32,000 nt of DNA. Origin: Blattabacterium cuenoti. GTDB lineage: Bacteria > Bacteroidota > Bacteroidia > Flavobacteriales > Blattabacteriaceae. How positions within the stretch are numbered: the first letter of the stretch is position 1; each line of letters begins with the position of its first letter. The notes beneath the pieces are model-generated. The model had not been told where the DNA came from, ran no database searches, and saw only the letters and a list, made by a program, of their open reading frames with translations. The position numbers and the translations under genes are program-made. Of this stretch, positions 10,272 to 21,100 are shown in pieces. The stretch is from the NCBI GenBank assembly GCA_014251975.1, contig CP059204.1, positions 360,001-392,000 on the forward strand. Reading direction: 5' to 3'.

Positions 10272-11669
10272 TTGATTTCAAAAAAAATAAAAAATAAAAT
10301 AGAAGAACATTTATCACATTTAAAAAAAAATTTTTCTTTATCTACTCCTATAATAATTACACAATTAGGCATTATATGTATTAATCTATTTGATAATTTA
10401 ATGGTTGGAAAATTAGGTAAAAAAGCTTTATCTGCAATATCATTAGCTAATTCAACTATTTTTATTATAGTTATTTTCGGATTAGGAATATCTTCTACTA
10501 TCCCTTCTTTAATTACACCTTTAGATGCAAAAAAAAAATATAATGATGGACTAAAAATTTTGTACCATGGATTAATAATAAATTTTGTTTTGTCTATTTT
10601 AATGTTTGGATCTATATATATATTTTTTCATATACTACCTTATATAGGGCAACCTAAAGAAATAATTAACGATACTATATCATTTTTACAAGTAATAAGT
10701 TTTTCTTTAATTCCATGGATGGTATTTGAAATATTACGTAAATTCTCAGAAGGATTATATATAATATATCCAAATTTAATTATAATTTGGATATCTTCTA
10801 TGATTAACATCATATTAAATTATTTATTAATTAATGGATTTTTATATTTTCCTAAATTAGGTTTTATAGGTGTTGCATATTCTACTCTAATATCAAGGAC
10901 TGTAATGCTAATAGCATCAATCATTACTTTATATAGATACAAAAAAATAAAAAAATATTTAAGCTATTTTAAATCTTTTGTAATAAATAAAGAATATATA
11001 AAAAAAATATTAAAAATTGGTATACCTTCTGGTTTAAGTATTTTATTTGAAATGGGGGCTTTTTCAATTTCTTCTTTTATATCTGGTAAAAATGGAATAA
11101 ACTACTTATCTGCACATCAAGTAATAATTAATTTAATATCTTCTACATTTTTAATAAATACAGCATTTTCAATTGTAGCTACAGTAAGAATTAGTCATAA
11201 TTTTGCTTTAAAAAGATATAAAAAATTAAGAGAAATTGGAAATTCAGTAATATTTATTGGATTATGTTTTATGTCAATATGTAGTATATTTTTTATTATA
11301 TTTAAAAATGATATTACCTGTCTTTTTATAAAAAATCCAAAAGATTATCTTGTAATCCCTATAGCAGAAAAAATGATTATAATAGCAAGCGGGTTTCAAA
11401 TTGCAGATGGAATACAAGGAATAATTTTAGGTATTTTGAGAGGATTAAAAGATGTCAAAATACCTATGTGCATAAGTTTTTTTTCTTATTGGGTTATATC
11501 TATCCCTACAATACTATTATTAAATATTAAATTGTTAGGTCCTTGGAAAGGATTAGGTGTTTGGATAGGACTAAGTATAGGTATTATTACATCTTGCATT
11601 TTATTATTTATAAGATATAATTTTTTAATTAAAAAAATCACTATAAAATACAAAAAAAAAATAATATAA
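10272..11669 (+). CDS. MATE family efflux transporter
   Basis: The 465-aa polytopic membrane protein has a MATE N-terminal pattern (STPIIITQLGIICINLFDNLMVGKLGKKALSA) and a second-half repeat. It starts at TTG. The first in-frame ATG lies inside predicted TM1, so the TTG start is needed. Confidence 0.8.
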   Translation: MISKKIKNKIEEHLSHLKKNFSLSTPIIITQLGIICINLFDNLMVGKLGKKALSAISLANSTIFIIVIFGLGISSTIPSLITPLDAKKKYNDGLKILYHGLIINFVLSILMFGSIYIFFHILPYIGQPKEIINDTISFLQVISFSLIPWMVFEILRKFSEGLYIIYPNLIIIWISSMINIILNYLLINGFLYFPKLGFIGVAYSTLISRTVMLIASIITLYRYKKIKKYLSYFKSFVINKEYIKKILKIGIPSGLSILFEMGAFSISSFISGKNGINYLSAHQVIINLISSTFLINTAFSIVATVRISHNFALKRYKKLREIGNSVIFIGLCFMSICSIFFIIFKNDITCLFIKNPKDYLVIPIAEKMIIIASGFQIADGIQGIILGILRGLKDVKIPMCISFFSYWVISIPTILLLNIKLLGPWKGLGVWIGLSIGIITSCILLFIRYNFLIKKITIKYKKKII

Positions 11670-11690
11670 ATATATATTATTTTAACATTT

Positions 11691-13085
11691 ATGAAAACAT
11701 TTGAAGAATACCATTATTTTAATAATAATATTATTAAAGCTTTAAACACTATAGGATTTAAATATTTAACTCCTATACAAGAAAAAATTATTCCTGTTAT
11801 TTTTTCACAAAATAAAGATGACATAATAGCTTTATCTCAAACAGGAACTGGTAAAACAGCAGCTTTTGGGTTACCAATTATTCAAAAAATAAATTATAAT
11901 TTAAATAAACCACAAGCATTAATATTATGTCCAACTAGAGAATTATGTATTCAAATTACACGAGATCTTAACTCTTTTTCAAAATTTATATCATCTATTG
12001 AAATTATATCTTTATATGGTGGTACAGATATAAAATATCAAATAAAATCTCTAAAAAAGAAAAATCATATAATAGTAGGGACACCAGGTAGAATTTTTGA
12101 TTTATTAAAACGTAAAAAATTATACTGTTTTAAAATTAAATATCTAGTTTTAGATGAAGCAGATGAAATGTTAAGCATGGGTTTTAAAGAAATGTTAGAT
12201 TTTATTTTAGATAAATTACCCAAGGATAAACAAAGTTTATTGTTTTCAGCTACTATGTCTAAATACACTAATATTATAGCTAAAAAATATTTAATAAGTC
12301 CAAAAGAATTTATTACAGGAGAAAAAAATACTATCTCCAAAAACATAAAACATTTTTATTACGAATATTCAAATAATAATAAATATTTAATACTAAAAAG
12401 TATTTTGAATATACATCCAAATATGTATGGAATAATATTTTGTAAAACTAAAAAAGAAACTAAAAATATATCCGAATTTTTAATAAAAGATGGATATAAT
12501 ACAGATGCTTTATATGGGGATTTATCTCAATCTCAAAGAGAAAATGTAATGACAAAATTTAGAAATAAAAAATTTAAATTTTTAATATCTACAGATTTAG
12601 CATCTAGGGGATTAGATGTACATAATATGACTCATATAATAAATTATAGTCTTCCAGATGATATTAATACCTATTTACATAGGAGTGGAAGAACTGGTAG
12701 AGCAGGTAAAACAGGTAACTGTATTTGTATGATTAATGTTAATGAAAAAAACTATTTAAAAAAATTAAAAAAAAAAATAGGAAAATCATTTAAAAAAGTA
12801 ATACTTCCTTCCGAAAAAGAAATATTAAATATACAAATAAAATATTTTATAGATAAATTGAATAAAATAGTTATAAATACTAAATATATTAAGCTTTATC
12901 CATATATAAAAAAATATATAGAAAATTATAATAAAGACGAATTAATTAAACGTTTATTTTGGATAAATTTTAAAAATTTTATAATAAATAAAAATAATAG
13001 AAATATTAAAATTACAAATAAAAAAAAAATAAAGTTTTATAAAAAACATTTTTATAAAAAACATAAATTAAAAAATAATTTTTAA
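11691..13085 (+). CDS. DEAD-box ATP-dependent RNA helicase
   Basis: All the helicase motifs are present: Q-motif (GFKYLTPIQ), I (SQTGTGKT), Ia (PTRELC), TPGR, DEAD, SAT, SRGLD and [10 protein letters not shown]. It has a lysine-rich C-terminal tail. Confidence 0.92.
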   Translation: MKTFEEYHYFNNNIIKALNTIGFKYLTPIQEKIIPVIFSQNKDDIIALSQTGTGKTAAFGLPIIQKINYNLNKPQALILCPTRELCIQITRDLNSFSKFISSIEIISLYGGTDIKYQIKSLKKKNHIIVGTPGRIFDLLKRKKLYCFKIKYLVLDEADEMLSMGFKEMLDFILDKLPKDKQSLLFSATMSKYTNIIAKKYLISPKEFITGEKNTISKNIKHFYYEYSNNNKYLILKSILNIHPNMYGIIFCKTKKETKNISEFLIKDGYNTDALYGDLSQSQRENVMTKFRNKKFKFLISTDLASRGLDVHNMTHIINYSLPDDINTYLHRSGRTGRAGKTGNCICMINVNEKNYLKKLKKKIGKSFKKVILPSEKEILNIQIKYFIDKLNKIVINTKYIKLYPYIKKYIENYNKDELIKRLFWINFKNFIINKNNRNIKITNKKKIKFYKKHFYKKHKLKNNF

Positions 13086-13126
13086 AAATTTATAAAAAAT
13101 TTATAATAAAAATATCAATATTTAAA

Positions 13127-14212
13127 ATGGGAGGTAATATATTTGGAAATATTTTTAGAGTTAGTACATTTGGAGAAAGTCATGGAGAAGCAATTGGTGG
13201 CATTATTGATGGATGTCCTTCAGGATTCAAAATTAATATTGAAAAAATACAATTAGATCTTGATAGAAGAAGACCAGGGCAATCTTATATAGTGTCAAAA
13301 AGAAAAGAATTAGATAAAGTAAAATTTTTATCAGGAATTTTTAATAAGAAAACTACTGGATCACCTATAGGTTTTATTATAAAAAATATAGATAAAAAAT
13401 CTGAAGATTATGAACATATTAAAAATATTTATAGACCTTCCCATTCTGATTTTACTTATGAAAAAAAATATGAAATAAGAGATTACAGAGGTGGTGGAAG
13501 ATCTTCAGCAAGAGAAACTGCGTGTAGAGTAGTAGCAGGTTCTATAGCTAAACAATTAATGAAAAATATTAAAATAACTGCATATGTTTCTAGTGTAGGA
13601 TCTATATATTTAAAAAAATCTTATAAAGAATTAGATATATCAAAAAAATCTATAGAAAAAAGTTATATAAGATGTCCTGATATTAATATTTCTAAAAAAA
13701 TGATATCTAAAATAAAAGAAGTAAAAAATAATGGGGATACAATAGGTGGTACTATCACTTGTATAATAAAAAATATACCAATAGGTATTGGAGAGCCTGT
13801 ATTTGATAAATTACATTCTGAATTAGGTAAAGCTATGTTATCTATTAATGCTGTTAAAGGATTTGAATATGGAAGTGGATTTAAAGGAACAGAAATGACT
13901 GGATCTCAGCATAACGATGAGTTATATGATTTAGATGGTAAAACTAAAACTAATTTTTCTGGTGGAATACAGGGTGGTATATCTAATGGTATGGATATAT
14001 ATTTCAAAGTTGCTTTTAAACCTGTAGCTACTATCATGAAAAAACAGAAAACTATTAATAATATAGGTGGTTTTTGTTTTGCTGATGGTAAGGGCCGACA
14101 TGATCCCTGTGTATTACCACGAGCTGTCCCTATAGTAGAATCAATGGCGGCATTAGTATTAATTGATTATTGGATGTATGCAAAATTATCTAAATACAAT
14201 TCAATCTTTTAG
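13127..14212 (+). CDS. aroC: chorismate synthase
   Basis: [29 protein letters not shown], and GGISNG and GRHDPCV near the C-terminus form the full AroC signature set. Confidence 0.95.
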   Translation: MGGNIFGNIFRVSTFGESHGEAIGGIIDGCPSGFKINIEKIQLDLDRRRPGQSYIVSKRKELDKVKFLSGIFNKKTTGSPIGFIIKNIDKKSEDYEHIKNIYRPSHSDFTYEKKYEIRDYRGGGRSSARETACRVVAGSIAKQLMKNIKITAYVSSVGSIYLKKSYKELDISKKSIEKSYIRCPDINISKKMISKIKEVKNNGDTIGGTITCIIKNIPIGIGEPVFDKLHSELGKAMLSINAVKGFEYGSGFKGTEMTGSQHNDELYDLDGKTKTNFSGGIQGGISNGMDIYFKVAFKPVATIMKKQKTINNIGGFCFADGKGRHDPCVLPRAVPIVESMAALVLIDYWMYAKLSKYNSIF

Positions 14213-15152
14213 TAAAAAATTTATTATTTATATAGTTGGGCCTACTTGCATAGGGAAAACATCTTTATCTATATTTCTTGCTAAAAATTTTAAAACGGAG
14301 ATTTTATCTAGTGATTCTAGACAATTTTACAAAGAATTAAAAATAGGATCTAATCAACCTACTTACAAAGATATTAGTGAAATACATCACCATTTTATAG
14401 GACATAAAAGTATTCATGATAATTATAATGTAAAAGAATTTGAAGAAGAATGTTTAAATAAAATTTCATTTTTATTTAATAAATATTCTGTATTAATAAT
14501 GGTAGGTGGTTCTGGATTATATGAAAAATCTATAACTATTGGATTATCAAAAATACCTAAAATTAATCCAAAAATTAGAAATAACTTAATTTATTGTTTT
14601 AAAAAAAAAGGGATAAAATATCTTCAAGAAGAATTTATAAAATTAAAAAAAAAAGATAAAACAATAGATATTAAAAATCCAAGAAGACTAATAAGATATT
14701 TAGAAATTGTAAAATCAACTGGTCATACTCCATGTTATTTTTTTAAAAAAAAACCAGAAAAAAGAAAATTTTCAGTTATAAAAATTGGATTAATATTACC
14801 TAAAAATAAAATTAATTATAATATAAATAATAGAGTTGATATGATGATTAAAAATGGATTAATAGAAGAAGCAGAAAAATTATACCCTTATAAACATTTA
14901 AATAGTTTAAAAACTATAGGATATAGAGAATTATTTGATTTTTTTTCTAAAAAAAATAATATTCTAAAATTAGATAATTATATAGAAAAAATAAAAATAA
15001 ATACAATAAAATATGCTAAAAGACAAATAACATGGTATAAAAAAGATAATACAATAAAATGGTTTAACCCAAAAGACAAAGAATATATTTTTAATTTTAT
15101 AATAAAAAAAATGGGCAATACTGGATTTGAACCAGTGACCTTCTGCTTGTAA
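14178..15152 (+). CDS. miaA: tRNA dimethylallyltransferase
   Basis: It has the P-loop [12 protein letters not shown], the [16 protein letters not shown] block and the KRQITWYKK motif near the C-terminus. The ORF track starts at TTG 14163, and the first ATG is 14178. Either start overlaps the aroC 3' end. The last 41 nt overlap tRNA-Val on the opposite strand. Confidence 0.85.
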   Translation: MQNYLNTIQSFSKKFIIYIVGPTCIGKTSLSIFLAKNFKTEILSSDSRQFYKELKIGSNQPTYKDISEIHHHFIGHKSIHDNYNVKEFEEECLNKISFLFNKYSVLIMVGGSGLYEKSITIGLSKIPKINPKIRNNLIYCFKKKGIKYLQEEFIKLKKKDKTIDIKNPRRLIRYLEIVKSTGHTPCYFFKKKPEKRKFSVIKIGLILPKNKINYNINNRVDMMIKNGLIEEAEKLYPYKHLNSLKTIGYRELFDFFSKKNNILKLDNYIEKIKINTIKYAKRQITWYKKDNTIKWFNPKDKEYIFNFIIKKMGNTGFEPVTFCL

Positions 15153-15187
15153 AACAGATGCTCTCAACCATACTGAGCTAATTACCC
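15112..15187 (-). tRNA. tRNA-Val (anticodon UAC)
   Basis: I folded the minus strand by hand: GGGTAAT TA GCTC AGTATGGTTGA GAGC A TCTGT TTTACAA GCAGA AGGTC ACTGG TTCAAAT CCAGT ATTGCCC A. The cloverleaf is complete. CCA is not encoded. Confidence 0.85.
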
Positions 15188-15211
15188 AATAGTCAAATTT
15201 AATAAAAAAAA

Positions 15212-16459
15212 TTATAGTAAAAAAACTTCAGAAACAACAAATGTACTTCCACTAACTAAAATAATGTCATTTTTTTTTGCTTTTTTTTTAGCCATAAAAT
15301 ATGCTTCTTTAACAGTATTATAAAAATAAAATTTATTTTTTACATTACTTTTTAACAATTTTTTTATATTATCTATGTGATATTTTCTATTAATATCTGG
15401 TTGACAAAAATAATAATTTGAATTAGTAGGAAAATATTTTAATAATTTTTTTAAATTTTTTGTATAAACAAATCCTAGGACCAAATGTAGTTCTTTATAA
15501 TTTTCTTTTTTTAATTGTAAATTTATCATGTACATGCCTTGTTCATTATGAGCTATATCACATATTATTTTTGGATTCGAATTTTTTAATATGTGCCATC
15601 TTCCTCTAATATTGGTATTTTTTATAACATTTTTAAATCCATTTATAATAGATATATCAGATATAAAAAAATGTTTTCTATTTTTCAAAATATTAACAAT
15701 TTTTAATACTAAATTTCTATTAAAAAATTGATAATCAACCTTAAACGGTATTTTATATATTTTGTACTCTTTACTTTTAGTAGTAAAATAAATTGGAGCA
15801 TTTTTTTTTATAGCATTTTTTAATAAAAATATTTTTATGTTTTTAGTTATATTTTCTCCTATTATAACTGAAATATAGTTTTTAATAATACCGGCTTTTT
15901 CAAAAGCAATTTTTATTTTATTATTTCCAAGTATATTTTCATGATCTATACTAATACTAGTTATTATAGATAATATTGGATTAATTATGTTAGTAGAGTC
16001 TAATCTACCACCAATACCAACTTCAATTACTGCTATATCTATCTTTTTCTCTTTAAAATACTGAAAAGATAAAGCAGTATTTATTTCAAAAAATGAAATA
16101 TTTTCTTTTTCTATATATTTTTTATTATTTTTAATAAAATCAACAATAAAATCTTTTTCTATTAAATTACCATTGCAAGTTATTCTTTCTCTAAAATCAG
16201 TTAAATGTGGAGATGTTAAAGATCCTACCAGATATTTTTCTTCTTGTAATATAGAAGATAGCATATGTACAGTAGATCCTTTACCATTAGTTCCGCCTAT
16301 ATGTATACTTTTAAAAAAATTTTGAGGATTTCCTAGATATAAACAAAATTTTTTTATTTTATCTAATCCTGATTTGTATGGTTTAACATTTGGAATCTTT
16401 TGTAAAATCCAATTAATAGTTTTTAAATAATTTATATTTTTTAACTTATTAAAACACAT
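15212..16459 (-). CDS. folC: bifunctional folylpolyglutamate synthase / dihydrofolate synthase
   Basis: It has the Mur-ligase ATP site (IHIGGTNGKGST), the FolC blocks SPHL.DF.ERI and EVGIGGRLDSTN, and DIAHNE in the C-terminal domain. Confidence 0.85.
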   Translation of the reverse strand: MCFNKLKNINYLKTINWILQKIPNVKPYKSGLDKIKKFCLYLGNPQNFFKSIHIGGTNGKGSTVHMLSSILQEEKYLVGSLTSPHLTDFRERITCNGNLIEKDFIVDFIKNNKKYIEKENISFFEINTALSFQYFKEKKIDIAVIEVGIGGRLDSTNIINPILSIITSISIDHENILGNNKIKIAFEKAGIIKNYISVIIGENITKNIKIFLLKNAIKKNAPIYFTTKSKEYKIYKIPFKVDYQFFNRNLVLKIVNILKNRKHFFISDISIINGFKNVIKNTNIRGRWHILKNSNPKIICDIAHNEQGMYMINLQLKKENYKELHLVLGFVYTKNLKKLLKYFPTNSNYYFCQPDINRKYHIDNIKKLLKSNVKNKFYFYNTVKEAYFMAKKKAKKNDIILVSGSTFVVSEVFLL

Positions 16460-16505
16460 TTTTTATAAAAAAATTATTATATTACTAAAAAAAATATTAC
16501 ATAAA

Positions 16506-18152
16506 ATTATATTTTTACATTTTATTGAAAAAATAATAGAAAAAGATATACAAATAGGGTTCCCAAAAAATAAAATTAAATTTCGTTTTCCACCTGAACC
16601 TAATGGATATCTTCATATTGGCCACATAAAAGCCATATGTTTAAATTTTGAATTGGGGAAAAAATATAAAGCTCCAGTAAATTTAAGATTTGACGATACT
16701 AATCCTATTGTAGAAAATAATGTTTATTTAAAGCATATTAAACAAAATATTCGTTTTTTAGGTTTTAAATGGGATAAAGAATGTTACGCTTCTGATTATT
16801 TTAATATACTTTATAAATGGGCAATAAAATTAATAAAAGAAAATAAAGCATATGTAGATAATCTACCAAAAGAAGTAATAAATTTTCAAAGACAAAGTTT
16901 TTTTATAAATGGAATATGTAGTGATAGTAGAAATAGAACTATTAGTGAAAATTTATTTCTTTTTGATAAAATGAGTAATGGATATTTTAAAGAAGGATCT
17001 TATGTTTTAAGAGCTAAAATTGATATGAACTCATCAAATATAAATATGAGAGATCCAATTATGTATAGAATTTTATATAAAAAACATTATAGAACTGGAA
17101 AAAAATGGTGTATATATCCAACATATGATTGGGCACATGGACAATGTGATTATATAGAACAAATATCTCATTCTTTATGTTCTTTAGAATTTGAAAATAA
17201 AAGACCTTTATATAATTGGTTTATAAAACAATTATATAATAAATCTAATATTATACCTAAACAAATAGAGTTTTCAAGATTAAATATTAGTAATTCAATT
17301 ACTAGTAAAAGACAAATATATTGTTTAATAAAACATAAGATAATAAAATCTTGGGAAGATCCAAGATTATTAACTATATCTGGATTAAAAAAAAGAGGAT
17401 ATACTTCTATTTCTTTAAAGGATTTTATTAAAGGAGTAGGTATAACAAAAAGAAATTCTATTGTTGAATATTCTTTATTAGAATTTTATGTTAGAAAACA
17501 TTTGAATAAAATATCTATTAGAGTTATGGTAGTTTTAAATCCTATTAAAGTAATAATTGATAATTATCCCGAAAATAAAGTAGAATTTTTAACATCTAAA
17601 AATTATCCAAAAAATTTACAATGTAATTTTAGAAAAATACCTTTTTCTAAATATTTATATATTGAATCAGATGATTTTTTAGAGAAAAAAAAATTAAATT
17701 TTTTTCGTCTTTATATTGGTAATAAAGTAAGACTGAAAAATGCATATATAATTAAAGCTGATTATGTAATAAAAGATAGCACAGGTAAAATACAAGAAAT
17801 TCATTGTAGTTACTACCCGAATAGTAAATCTGGTAATAAAAATATAAATAATTATAAAGTAAAATGTACATTACACTGGGTATCTATATCACATTGTGTC
17901 CCTATAAAAATTAATTTATATAAAATTTTATTTTCTAAAAAAAAATTACCATCAAATTTTTCATATGAAAATATATTTGAATATATTAACAAAAATTCAA
18001 AAAAACTTATTTATGGATATTCAGAACCATTTATAAAAACAATTAAAACCGGAATATATTTACAGTTTCAAAGAATTGGATATTTTTATTCTATTAATAA
18101 TAATTATATGTTTAATAAAATAGTTTCTATAAAAAATAAATGGAAAAAATAA
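16506..18152 (+). CDS. glnS: glutaminyl-tRNA synthetase (start codon non-canonical and uncertain)
   Basis: The ORF-track ORF (16653..18152) begins after the class-I HIGH motif. My in-frame translation upstream reads [63 protein letters not shown], which aligns with the GlnS N-terminus. The frame is open from 16431 and holds no ATG, GTG, TTG or CTG before 16653. ATT at 16506 is a placeholder start; ATA at 16494 or 16509 are alternatives. Confidence 0.85.
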   Translation: [548 protein letters not shown]

Positions 18153-18157
18153 TTTAT

Positions 18158-21100
18158 CTAACGTATAATTTCTGGATTAAATTTATCATATTCTTTTATT
18201 CCAGTACCTGCTGGTATTTTATGCCCTACAATTACATTTTCTTTTAATCCATTTAAATAATCTATTTTGCTATTAATTGCTGCCTCTCCTAATACTTTAG
18301 TAGTTTCTTGAAATGATGCCGCAGATATAAAAGATTTTGTTTGTAATGCTGCTCTAGTTATACCTTGTAATATTGGTTTAGCTGTTGCTGGTATTGCTTG
18401 TCTTATTTTCATAGTTTTTTTATTATTATATTTTAAAATTGAGTTTTCGTTTCTAAAATTTTTATAACTAATTATTGTTCCTTTTCTAAAAATTGTAGAA
18501 CCTCCAGGATCTTCTACATATTTCATTTTAGATATTTTATCATTTTCATTAATAAAATCATATTTATATTCAATACTACCTTCTAAAAATTTAGTATCTC
18601 CTGCCTCAATCACTTCTACTTTTCTCATCATTTGCATAATTATCACCTCAAAATGTTTATTATTAATTTTAACACCTTGTAATCTATAAACTTCTTGTAT
18701 TTCATTAATTAAATATTCTTGTACCGCTTTAGGCCCTTTAATATTTAAAATATCAGTAGGAGTCACAGCACCATCTGATAAAGGCATCCCAGCTTTTACA
18801 TAATCATTTTCTTGTACTAATATTTGGTTAGATAACTTTATTAAATACGTTCTTACTTCACCATATTTAGATTCTACAATTATTTCTCTACTTCCCCTTT
18901 TTATATTACCATGACTAACTATACCATCTATTTCTGATACTACAGCTGGATTAGATGGATTTCTAGCTTCAAATAATTCAGATAAACGAGGTAATCCACC
19001 TGTAATGTCACCAGATTTAGCATAATTTCTAGGTATTTTTACTAAAATTTTACCTTTTTTAATTTTTTCTCCATTTTTTACCATTAAATGACTACCAATT
19101 GGTAGATTATAATTTTTTATTTCTTTATCTTCTTTATTTAAAATTTTTAATGTTGGAATTAAATTTTTATTTCTAACTTCTGTTATTACTTTTTCTTGAA
19201 ATCCTGTTTGATCATCTATTTTTATATAAAATGTACTTCCCTCTTCCAAATGTTTATAACATATTTTACCAGAAAATTCTGATATAATAACTGCATTATA
19301 TAAATCCCATTCACAAATTAAATCTCCTTTTTTTAATTTATCTCCATTATTTACATATAAAGAAGATCCATATGGTATGTTATTTAACATTAAAGTTGAT
19401 GATCTTTCTTTATCCAATAACTTCATTTCTGTAGTTCTTGAGACGACTATACCTAATCTTCTATATTTTTTTTCTGTTTTTAATAGTCTTAAATCTTCAA
19501 ATTCTATAATACCATCATTTTTTGCTTTTATTTTAGAAGATTCTGCAACATTTCCTGCTGTTCCGCCTACATGAAAAGTACGTAAAGTCAATTGAGTACC
19601 AGGTTCTCCTATAGATTGAGCGGCTATCACACCTACTGCTTCACCCTTTGTAACTATTTTTCCAGTAGATAAGTTACGTCCATAACATTTAGCACAAACA
19701 CCTAATTGTGCTTCACAAGTTAAAGGGGATCTTACAACTACTAACTCGATTTTACAATCTTCTATTAACTGTGCTATTTTTTCATCTATCATATCTCCAG
19801 AATCAACAATTACTTTGTTTTTTTGATCAGGATATACTATTTTGTTTAATGATATACGACCTAAAATTCTATCAAATAAAGTTTCTATAACTTCCTCATT
19901 TTTTTTTAATGAAGTTACTTCTAGTCCACGTAAAGTATTACAATCTTCTATCTTAATAATAACATCTTGAGAAGCATCCACTAATCTTCTTGTAAGATAC
20001 CCAGCATCTGCTGTTTTTAAAGCTGTATCAGCTAAACCTTTACGAGCTCCATGAGTTGAAATAAAATATTCTAATATAGATAGTCCTTCTCTAAAATTAG
20101 ATAAAATAGGATTTTCAATAATTTCTCCACCTATTGTGCCAGCCTTTTGGGGTTTTGCCATTAATCCACGCATTCCAGAAAGTTGTCGTATTTGTTCTTT
20201 TGACCCTCTAGCACCAGAATCTAGCATCATATAAACTGAATTAAACCCTTTTTTATCTTCGTGCATATATCTCATTACCTTTTCTGTTAAAATTGAGTTA
20301 GATTTAGTCCATATGTCAATTATTTGATTATATCTTTCATTATTAGTTATCAAACCCATATTATAGTTATTTTTTATGTTATCTACTTTTTTAATAGCTT
20401 CATGTACCATGTTCATTTTACTATTAGGGATGATAATATCTTTTAATCCAAAAGATAATCCACCTTTGAAAGCATTATAAAATCCTAATTTTTTTATATC
20501 ATCTAAAAACTTTGCTGTAGTAGGGACGTTCGTAATATTTAATATTTTACCTATTATATATCTTAATGATTTTTTTGTTAAAGATTTATTAATATAACCT
20601 ACTTTTTTAGGTACTACTTGATTGAATATTACTCTTCCTACAGTAGTTTCTATTAATTTATTAGTTAAAGTATTATCATTATTTCTTACATAAACTTTAA
20701 CTTTAATTATAGCATGTAAATCAACTACATTTTGATTATAAGCTATTTCTACTTCTTCTGGTGAATAAAATTTATAACCTTCTCCTCTTATTTTTTTATT
20801 ATTATCAGATAATAATGGTTTAGTCATGTAATATAGACCTAATACCATATCTTGTGATGGTACCGTAATAGGTGTTCCATTAGCAGGATTTAAAATATTT
20901 TGTGATGATAACATTAATAACTTAGATTCTAATATTGCTGCATTAGATAATGGTAAATGTACAGCCATTTGATCTCCATCAAAATCCGCATTAAAAGCTG
21001 CACATACTAAAGGATGTAATTGTATAGCTTTTCCATCTATTAATTTAGGTTGAAAGGATTGAATACCTAATCTATGTAAAGTAGGAGCTCTATTTAATAA

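Noticed and set aside
12065-12346. 93-aa ORF antisense to the DEAD-box helicase gene.
   Set aside because: It overlaps the TPGR/DEAD/SAT-encoding core of a confidently called gene. It is a shadow ORF.
14970-15167. 65-aa ORF on the minus strand across the miaA 3' end.
   Set aside because: It starts inside tRNA-Val (its N-terminus [16 protein letters not shown] is translated tRNA sequence) and continues antisense to miaA. It is not a gene.
16460-16652. An apparent ~190-nt non-coding gap between folC and the ORF-track glnS, which I considered as a possible ncRNA or leader.
   Set aside because: It translates in the glnS frame into the conserved N-terminus, including the HIGH motif. It is coding sequence missed because no canonical start codon is present.
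16653-16655. TTG at 16653 as the glnS start (ORF-track start).
   Set aside because: That start would remove the Rossmann-fold N-terminus with [11 protein letters not shown], which is indispensable in class-I synthetases. The upstream frame is open and homologous.
19377-19890. Small plus-strand ORFs (19377..19574, 19708..19890 and also 22085..22309) inside rpoC.
   Set aside because: All are antisense to the conserved rpoC reading frame. They have no motifs and are short.
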